This document shows positions 1 through 4,384 of a stretch of DNA of 4,384 bases, piece by piece. The DNA is taken from the IMG/VR virus record IMGVR_UViG_2778261418_000017, one strand, 5' to 3'. Numbering within the stretch: position 1 is the first letter of the stretch; each line of letters opens with the position of its first letter. The translations under genes were made by a program, and so were the position numbers. This DNA comes from a virus (Duplodnaviria; Heunggongvirae; Uroviricota; Caudoviricetes). The notes beneath the pieces are model-generated. The model was not told the DNA's origin and did not search any database. It was given only the letters and a program-made list of their open reading frames with translations.

Positions 1-164
1 AGTTTTTTGGATGCCAGCAACTGATTGAACATATTTCCTGTTTTGCCACCACCTATATACGACCAACGCCCCCACATCCGTAATTTCCCCTGGATCCAGA
101 CGGCTTCCAGCGTTTTTAGACGTAAATGCTCGCCGCTTTTGCCTGTAATTTCCGGGTATATCAT
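1..164 (-). CDS. Partial CDS (N-terminal part, runs off the window start); possible phage late-gene antiterminator Q-like protein
   Basis: Hand translation of the minus strand from ATG at 164-162 is open to position 1: MIYPEITGKSGEHLRLKTLEAVWIQGKLRMWGRWSYIGGGKTGNMFNQLLASKK. It starts 8 nt after the rusA stop, where Q sits in lambdoid prophages. The RMWGRW segment loosely recalls the LERWGAW N-terminus of Q-family antiterminators (from memory). Not in the supplied ORF track because it is truncated. Confidence 0.3.
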   Translation of the reverse strand, partial: MIYPEITGKSGEHLRLKTLEAVWIQGKLRMWGRWSYIGGGKTGNMFNQLLASKK

Positions 165-172
165 ATTTACGA

Positions 173-538
173 TCACTCACTCTCAATTTTGTAAATCTTC
201 ACGCCCAGCCGCCCCCCAGGAACGCGCTGACCGCGCACAATATTGATTTCATCAAACTGCTCGTCGTCTATGAGAAGTCCGGCATGCGTCAGCGCATCCA
301 GTGGAGCTTTCAGGATATTGTCCAGGTCACGACGACGTTTATCCGGTGGCTCTGCAATAATTTTTATTGCCAGCCTTCCGGACAGGTTCAATTTCAGTCG
401 CTGCTGGCGAACAATGAGCGCCACATCACGGCGATAACGCTCACCGGCTTTTGATACAAAATATGTACTGCCACGACGTCGCCAGTAGGTGTTCACCGTC
501 GGCGGGTAAGGCAAAACAAATTCTATGCGTTCAGTCAT
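173..538 (-). CDS. rusA: RusA-family Holliday junction resolvase (crossover junction endodeoxyribonuclease), prophage-encoded
   Basis: 121-aa ORF. The translation (VNTYWRRRG...YRRDVALIV...RRRDLDNILKAPLDALTHAGLLIDDEQFDEINIVRGQ) matches the RusA family as I recall it, about 120 aa with a conserved acidic DxD/DD...E core. ATG at 538-536 directly abuts the TGA stop of the upstream gene (541-539). Confidence 0.8.
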   Translation of the reverse strand: MTERIEFVLPYPPTVNTYWRRRGSTYFVSKAGERYRRDVALIVRQQRLKLNLSGRLAIKIIAEPPDKRRRDLDNILKAPLDALTHAGLLIDDEQFDEINIVRGQRVPGGRLGVKIYKIESE

Positions 539-1597
539 TCATGCTTTCCACTTCAGGACACCCGAATTTCTCGCGTGCATTAAAAAACGAATCAGCAACA
601 ACAGCTGGCTGCCGTGTTTTTCTTCAAAATCTTTTACCCCGGCGTGCAGTTCGTTATGACATTTACGGCACAGCGGAATAACAAACAAATCGTCAGTCTT
701 TGTTCCCATCCCTCCCAGTCCATAGCCAATGATGTGATGCGGATCATCTGCCTGATTGCCACAAGTCATGCATTTCTGCGTTTTTACCCAGCGCGTGTAT
801 ACGGGCATCTCTTCCCGCTGTGGTTTCTGACGCTGGAGATACTGAGTCGGAGACTCCGGATCAACGGCAATGCTGACCACCGTCTTTTCCTGTGGTGGGT
901 TCTGTTGCTGGTGGACGTGAGGCGGTAACGCAATATTTTTTGTGCGCTGCTTCAGCATGCTGGTGGCGGTCGGTTCTCCCGGTATGATGTCGCTTTCGCG
1001 GTACACTGAGCGGATTTTTTCCGCACGTAACCCCAGAGAACGACGTAATACTACCTCCGGTAGTGCGTCCGCCACCTGATTGCAGACAGCCCACCAGGAT
1101 AATTCAGCCAGCGATAATTCCCGCTCCTGCGCGCCATTCATTACATGGCGTATGACGTCAATCATCCATGCTGACAAATTTTGGTGAGCAAGTTGCCCGA
1201 GTGATTCGGAGGTCTGGTCACGCAGCTGGTTGTCGCAGTGCCAGCACAACACCATTGCGCCGGTACCATATCGGTGAATAACGGTTTCGCTGTGATGATA
1301 ATCGCCGTGTGGCCACTGGCAGGATTTGACATGACGCAACAGCCAGTCAGACAGTGCCCCAGCACCACCAGCAGCACGAATCACCCGCTCATCGCTGAAA
1401 AATGGCAGTAATGATTTATCCTCCGCCAGCGGCTGGCGAACAGCAGGAACGACTCCGGACGGCAGACCGCGCATGCTTTTCGGTTCCGGCTCCACCAGAA
1501 CTCGAGGGTTATGAAATACCTGCATGGATTCACGGCCCGGTTTTAGCACCACCAGCCCAAGTTCCGGTACCGGAACAGGTCGAAGTAATACCCGCAC
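539..1597 (-). CDS. YdfU-like prophage protein (DUF968-type) with C-terminal HNH-like zinc-finger motif
   Basis: 352-aa ORF with a GTG start at 1597-1595, preceded by a strong Shine-Dalgarno (CTGGAGGTAAC-GTG on the minus strand). The C-terminus CMTCGNQADDPHHIIGYGLGG...LCRKCHNELH has the CxxC...HH...CxxCH layout of HNH-type nuclease zinc fingers. Size and position between a small protein and rusA/Q match Qin-prophage ydfU as I remember it. Confidence 0.65.
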   Translation of the reverse strand: MRVLLRPVPVPELGLVVLKPGRESMQVFHNPRVLVEPEPKSMRGLPSGVVPAVRQPLAEDKSLLPFFSDERVIRAAGGAGALSDWLLRHVKSCQWPHGDYHHSETVIHRYGTGAMVLCWHCDNQLRDQTSESLGQLAHQNLSAWMIDVIRHVMNGAQERELSLAELSWWAVCNQVADALPEVVLRRSLGLRAEKIRSVYRESDIIPGEPTATSMLKQRTKNIALPPHVHQQQNPPQEKTVVSIAVDPESPTQYLQRQKPQREEMPVYTRWVKTQKCMTCGNQADDPHHIIGYGLGGMGTKTDDLFVIPLCRKCHNELHAGVKDFEEKHGSQLLLLIRFLMHARNSGVLKWKA

Positions 1598-1598
1598 G

Positions 1599-1877
1599 TT
1601 ACCTCCAGATGCGTTGCTGGTATGTGCGGGATGAACGCGGTGGGCGTTCGGAGTAAGGGAGTCTGACTGAGATTATCCAGTGACGGTAGTCGAGGCTAAG
1701 AGCTTTCTTAACCTCGTATCCGCGCCTGCGGTAACACTGAATTATCCATTCCGCCTGCTCTTCAGTGCATGGAGGATGCTGGAACCAATCTGATTTGAAT
1801 GCGTGAAAACGCCGTCCGCACCTACTGGCAAAGACGGCAGAATCATTAGAATTGTGTAATTTGGTATCGTGCGCCAT
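1599..1877 (-). CDS. Small prophage protein of unknown function (92 aa from the internal ATG; the longer 119-aa ORF to 1958 is less likely)
   Basis: Open frame ending in TAA at 1601-1599, three nt before the GTG of the next gene. The longest ORF start (1958) would make the terminator T-tract code FFPGF, so I prefer ATG at 1877-1875 (MAHDTKLHNS...). It occupies the position that rem has downstream of hokD in Qin-type prophages, but I cannot confirm identity from memory. Confidence 0.45.
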   Translation of the reverse strand: MAHDTKLHNSNDSAVFASRCGRRFHAFKSDWFQHPPCTEEQAEWIIQCYRRRGYEVKKALSLDYRHWIISVRLPYSERPPRSSRTYQQRIWR

Positions 1878-1950
1878 CGGTTGTCTCTGCTGGCGCAGCA
1901 GGTGCCAGTTGTTCAGGCTGGCGTGCGGATTGTAAACCAGAAAGCCCGGA

Positions 1951-1976
1951 AAAAACAAAACCCGCCGTAGCGGGTA
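1951..1976 (-). terminator. Rho-independent terminator downstream of the HTH-ImmA gene
   Basis: On the minus strand the sequence reads ACCCGC-UACG-GCGGGU followed by UUUUGUUUUUU: a GC-rich 6-bp stem with a UACG tetraloop and a T-tract (plus coordinates 1961-1975 stem-loop, 1951-1960 tract). It lies immediately 3' of the stop at 1980-1982. Confidence 0.7.
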
Positions 1977-1979
1977 TGC

Positions 1980-3083
1980 TCAAACAATCTGAAAAATATT
2001 TCTTGGATTTGTAATAGGTCGATTGATGGAGAACAACTCACGAATTAAATCTTGACTCAAGCCAGTTTTCATAAGAATGCTTAACCAAGTTGCATCATCC
2101 AGCATGTCAATCGCTTCGGACAGCATACTTGGTTCTTCGGGGCGCAAAAGTTCATCACCAGGTTCAACTCTCGTGTACCCTCTAGAATTAAGATGCATAT
2201 AGCCAGTTCTTGCCTGTTCCTGGGTCAATAGTCCTAATGCACTGGCTCGATAAATACACATTTTAAGGCTAATTTTCCATCTAAGCTTAAATTCAACCAG
2301 AGCACTCCAATCGAATTGCTTACCTCGTATTCGTGGAAATTCTTTAATGAAAGATAGCCTAGGAACCAATAATGCGCTAGAAAAGTGATCAGCTTGTGAT
2401 TCCGTAAGTTTATCACCAGTAGTTATGCCCTCATGCATTACTAAATGCCCTAACTCATGACCTAAATCAGAGCGAAATCTACATATGCTTTTTTTTACAT
2501 TGTTCCTGATAATAACAGGCCTGTTATTGTGAACAGTGAATGCATCAACACGATCATCGACTCCCGTAACATGCGCAACGATTACCCCCAAACTCTCCGC
2601 CAATTTCACCATTGATGATATAGGGCCAAGACCTAGATTCCATGCACGGCGACAATCTTCTGCCACTCGCTCAATATCATTCGGGGTAAGTAATTCAGTT
2701 CCGGGGTGCTCTGGTATGTTGACATCAGGGAATTCGATTTCACCTTCAACAGCAGAAATTATAATATTAAGAATCTCAGCCCTGGCCAAGACACTATTAG
2801 TCAGCGTTTGAGTCCTGGACTTCTTACTCCGAAAATGGCAAACATCGCTTTCCAGAGCATATTTTCGCTCAGTAAATAGAAAATCGGACTTAATCATAAG
2901 AGCTGAGGCTATTAACTCCAAGCATCGCTCTGATGGCCTAAATCCCTTCTCCAATTTGCTAACGAATTGCTTTGTTTTGCCAATTTTTTCGGCCAACTCT
3001 TCACATGAAAGCCCAACAGCCATTCTTGCTAGTTTGAGCTTATCGCCTCGATACTCAGTGAAGTTATTCACCTGATGTTCCAT
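1980..3083 (-). CDS. Fusion protein: N-terminal XRE/Cro-C1-type helix-turn-helix DNA-binding domain plus ImmA/IrrE-family (COG2856, M78-like) zinc metallopeptidase domain with C-terminal extension
   Basis: 367-aa ORF. Residues about 14-70 (LKLARMAVGLSCEELAEKIGKTKQFVSKLEKGFRPSERCLELIASALMIKSDFL) follow the canonical XRE HTH pattern. Residues 209-213 are HELGH (plus 2445-2459), in the context SDLGHELGHLVMHEG typical of ImmA/IrrE peptidases. Shine-Dalgarno-like GAGCAG precedes the ATG at 3083-3081. AT-rich codon usage. Confidence 0.85.
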   Translation of the reverse strand: MEHQVNNFTEYRGDKLKLARMAVGLSCEELAEKIGKTKQFVSKLEKGFRPSERCLELIASALMIKSDFLFTERKYALESDVCHFRSKKSRTQTLTNSVLARAEILNIIISAVEGEIEFPDVNIPEHPGTELLTPNDIERVAEDCRRAWNLGLGPISSMVKLAESLGVIVAHVTGVDDRVDAFTVHNNRPVIIRNNVKKSICRFRSDLGHELGHLVMHEGITTGDKLTESQADHFSSALLVPRLSFIKEFPRIRGKQFDWSALVEFKLRWKISLKMCIYRASALGLLTQEQARTGYMHLNSRGYTRVEPGDELLRPEEPSMLSEAIDMLDDATWLSILMKTGLSQDLIRELFSINRPITNPRNIFQIV

Positions 3084-3714
3084 TACTGCTCACATCCAAA
3101 TTTTTATCCTTCGTACGCCGACGAAGAGACACCTTATTAATCTCCGCTTCGCCAGGGAGTGTGTTACCGTCAAGGGACATAAGTGGCATTGATGCTGTAG
3201 ATTGATGAGAAACCATACTAATCTGAGCACCATAGGTATTAAACCCAACAAGAGCCACCTCCCAACGAGGCAGTGTGGACTCTAATTCACCATCTCCCTC
3301 TTCGGATAAAAATGGCTCCGCTATGACTCGCCATGTAATATCTTGCTCAGCCTCAACATCACCAAACAATGAAAGCTGCTCATGCTCTACTTTATTTCGA
3401 CGCAGGCGATGTTTCTTTTTGGGGTTATTAATGCAATCTTTGGTAAATTGTAGCGGAACTTTATTTAAAGCAACTACATAGTCCAACCCCTTGGAAATCA
3501 TCTTAAGACCAGGAATTGCGCCTTCATTTTGAATAAGATGGTTTCTGACCCAATCATAAGCCCTTACACCTTCAGACCAGTTGCTGTCTAATACGTGCTT
3601 ATGATAGTACAACTGCTCAAGTACGTTAGCGATCTCCGCCAACAACTGGCGAACATTGCTTTCAGCAAGATAAGGTTGAAATTCCCAACAAGGAGCTAAC
3701 TGATTTTCATTCAT
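3064..3714 (-). CDS. Hypothetical protein, 216 aa, no recognisable family; first gene of the two-gene cassette
   Basis: Long uninterrupted ORF, antisense only to a short shadow ORF. ATG at 3714-3712, TAA at 3066-3064, overlapping the downstream HTH-ImmA start by 20 nt. Contains a basic stretch PKKKHRLRRNK (residues 98-108, plus 3391-3423) flanked by acidic segments. I recognise no catalytic motif. Confidence 0.7.
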   Translation of the reverse strand: MNENQLAPCWEFQPYLAESNVRQLLAEIANVLEQLYYHKHVLDSNWSEGVRAYDWVRNHLIQNEGAIPGLKMISKGLDYVVALNKVPLQFTKDCINNPKKKHRLRRNKVEHEQLSLFGDVEAEQDITWRVIAEPFLSEEGDGELESTLPRWEVALVGFNTYGAQISMVSHQSTASMPLMSLDGNTLPGEAEINKVSLRRRTKDKNLDVSSNGTSGE

Positions 3715-3744
3715 TTCAAGTTTCGCTTTTTTTAGAATTCGTAA

Positions 3745-3778
3745 ACCTTATATTTTCGCATTTTCCTGTTTTTGTCAA
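3745..3778 (-). promoter_or_regulatory. Putative sigma70 promoter for the two-gene cassette
   Basis: On the minus strand a perfect -35 TTGACA (plus 3773-3778) is followed by A/T-rich candidate -10 hexamers (AAATAT at 17-nt spacing, or TATAAG at 20 nt), about 40 nt upstream of the ATG at 3714. The -10 assignment is ambiguous. Confidence 0.4.
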
Positions 3779-3793
3779 CCAGACTAATGCATA

Positions 3794-3811
3794 AACCCGC
3801 CGAAGCGGGTT
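3794..3811 (-). terminator. GC-rich stem-loop (UUCG tetraloop) downstream of hok; probable terminator or 3' stabiliser
   Basis: Plus sequence aacccgc-cgaa-gcgggtt. On the minus strand this is AACCCGC-UUCG-GCGGGUU followed by UAUGCAUU, a moderately U-rich tail. It is nearly identical to the hairpin at 1961-1975. Confidence 0.5.
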
Positions 3812-3850
3812 ACGTGCGGGTGCGTTGAGGATGCCTGCCACATCAGAGGT

Positions 3851-3872
3851 GGCGAGGGATTTCTCCCTCGCC
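3851..3872 (-). other. Perfect 9-bp stem-loop immediately 3' of the hok stop (hok mRNA 3'-end structure)
   Basis: ggcgaggga-tttc-tccctcgcc is a perfect inverted repeat with a 4-nt loop, starting 8 nt after the hok stop codon. It has no T-tract, so it is more likely an mRNA 3' structural element than a terminator. Hok mRNAs are known to carry structured 3' ends. Confidence 0.5.
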
Positions 3873-3879
3873 TGGTCTC

Positions 3880-4035
3880 TTACTCCTCAGGTTCGTAAGC
3901 TGTGAAGACAGCGACCTCCGTCTGGCCGGTTCGGATTCGTACCTCGCAGAGGTCTTTCCTCGTTACCAGTGCCGTCACTATGACGGTTAAACAGATGACG
4001 ATAAGGGCGATTAACATCGCCTTTTGCTGCTTCAT
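3880..4035 (-). CDS. hokD: Hok/Gef-family small membrane toxin (type I toxin), HokD/RelF-like
   Basis: 51-aa translation MKQQKAMLIALIVICLTVIVTALVTRKDLCEVRIRTGQTEVAVFTAYEPEE matches E. coli HokD as I recall it: single transmembrane helix, conserved Cys, acidic tail. Strong Shine-Dalgarno AAGGAG lies 9 nt upstream of the ATG at 4035-4033. The ORF track shows an in-frame 19-codon upstream extension (ATG at 4092). Confidence 0.85.
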   Translation of the reverse strand: MKQQKAMLIALIVICLTVIVTALVTRKDLCEVRIRTGQTEVAVFTAYEPEE

Positions 4036-4156
4036 AGCCTGCTTCTCCTTGCCTTTCGGCACGTAAGAGGCTAACCTACATTTGTGAGACATAGATTGGG
4101 CCTCAGATTAATGTTAAGCGTCCTGCAAGACGCGTAATGTTAACTGGGGCTTTTCT

Positions 4157-4193
4157 CTATCTGCCTTTTGGTGTTCATGCCTGAGGCAGATAG
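4157..4193. promoter_or_regulatory. 9-bp perfect inverted repeat (ctatctgcc ... ggcagatag) in the hok upstream leader; candidate RNA structure or operator
   Basis: ctatctgcc at 4157-4165 is the exact reverse complement of ggcagatag at 4185-4193, with a 19-nt spacer. A second overlapping imperfect hairpin is tgaggc-agata-gcctca at 4182-4198. It sits where the hok mRNA 5' regulatory region would be. Confidence 0.3.
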
Positions 4194-4246
4194 CCTCAAG
4201 CACCCGCAGCAATTCTACTTAACTCTCCTTTTCCCGCAAACCGTTT

Positions 4247-4384
4247 TTATCCCCAGCGGCAAATCGAATACACCACCAGCGCCACCGCCATCGCAATTCC
4301 TACCGTTGTGAATGCTTCAGGCCAGGTCATCGTAAAATATCCTCCGCGTTTATCAGTCCGTTTCGCTTCAGGTAGACCATCGCC
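4247..4384 (-). CDS. Partial or small ORF ending in a hydrophobic C-terminus; possible 27-aa membrane peptide (MTWPEAFTTVGIAMAVALVVYSICRWG)
   Basis: It is the only frame open at the window end on the minus strand, with stop TAA at 4249-4247. An internal ATG at 4330-4328 is preceded by a strong Shine-Dalgarno (GGAGGA, 9-nt spacing). The frame stays open upstream to the window edge, so it may be the 3' end of a longer gene. The C-terminus is not that of RelE. Confidence 0.3.
   Translation of the reverse strand, partial: GDGLPEAKRTDKRGGYFTMTWPEAFTTVGIAMAVALVVYSICRWG

Noticed and set aside
25-246. Plus-strand 73-aa ORF
   Set aside because: Antisense shadow ORF overlapping the Q-like start and rusA on the opposite strand. 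No Shine-Dalgarno and low-complexity translation.
243-928. Plus-strand ORFs 243-437, 451-681 and 614-928
   Set aside because: All lie antisense within the well-supported minus-strand rusA and ydfU-like genes, with Ser/Arg/Cys-rich translations typical of shadow frames.
861-1377. Minus-strand ORFs 861-1094 and 1162-1377
   Set aside because: Alternative-frame ORFs nested inside the 352-aa ydfU-like CDS. Compositionally biased (Gly/Thr/Cys-rich) with no independent start signals.
1402-1656. Plus-strand 84-aa ORF
   Set aside because: Antisense to the ydfU-like 5' end and the small-protein 3' end; shadow ORF in a GC-rich region.
1878-1958. Longer 119-aa start (ATG at 1958) for the small prophage protein
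   Set aside because: It would place the start codon inside the terminator and translate the T-tract as FFPGF. The internal ATG at 1877 is more plausible, though neither has a strong Shine-Dalgarno.
2234-2811. Minus 60-aa ORF (2234-2416) and plus 91-aa ORF (2536-2811) inside the HTH-ImmA gene
   Set aside because: Nested or antisense frames within a long, motif-supported CDS; no independent support.
3275-3481. Plus-strand 68-aa ORF inside the 216-aa gene
   Set aside because: Antisense shadow ORF with a Ser/Cys-rich translation; the minus-strand frame is much longer and is translationally coupled to the downstream gene.
4036-4092. In-frame 19-codon N-terminal extension of hok (MSHKCRLASYVPKGKEKQA-)
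   Set aside because: The canonical 51-aa Hok begins at the internal ATG, which has a strong AAGGAG Shine-Dalgarno. The extension is probably untranslated leader or a coupling frame, not part of the mature toxin. Kept only as a note under the hok finding.
4040-4110. Possible plus-strand sok-like antisense RNA promoter
   Set aside because: Only weak -35/-10 candidates (for example TTGCCT and TACATT with poor spacing) could be found by eye. This is not enough to call a feature.
1-4384. CRISPR array, tRNA, rRNA, IS element or transposase
   Set aside because: No regularly spaced direct repeats, no cloverleaf-compatible segments, no terminal inverted repeats and no transposase-like ORFs were seen. 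The only mobility signature is the compositional and hairpin-bounded moron structure.

Overview
All supported genes are on the minus strand and the layout reads as the nin/Q-proximal region of a lambdoid (Qin-like) prophage in an enterobacterial genome. In transcription order (high to low coordinates): a possible small upstream ORF (4247-4384), a Hok/Gef-family toxin gene (3880-4035), an AT-rich two-gene cassette, a small prophage protein (1599-1877), a YdfU-like protein with an HNH-like zinc motif (539-1597), a RusA Holliday-junction resolvase (173-538) and the start of a possible Q-like antiterminator (1-164). The cassette (about 1977-3793) is the candidate undescribed system: a 216-aa protein with no motif I recognise (3064-3714), overlapping by 20 nt a 367-aa fusion of an XRE-type HTH with an ImmA/IrrE zinc metallopeptidase (HELGH motif) (1980-3083). 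It has its own sigma70-like promoter, is about 37% GC against roughly 60% in the sampled flank, and is bracketed by two near-identical GC-rich hairpins. My reading is a moron-type accessory module, possibly a protease-gated defence or toxin-antitoxin-like system; the function is inference only. No rRNA, tRNA, CRISPR array or transposase was seen. All protein identifications are from reading the translations and from memory; no searches were run.
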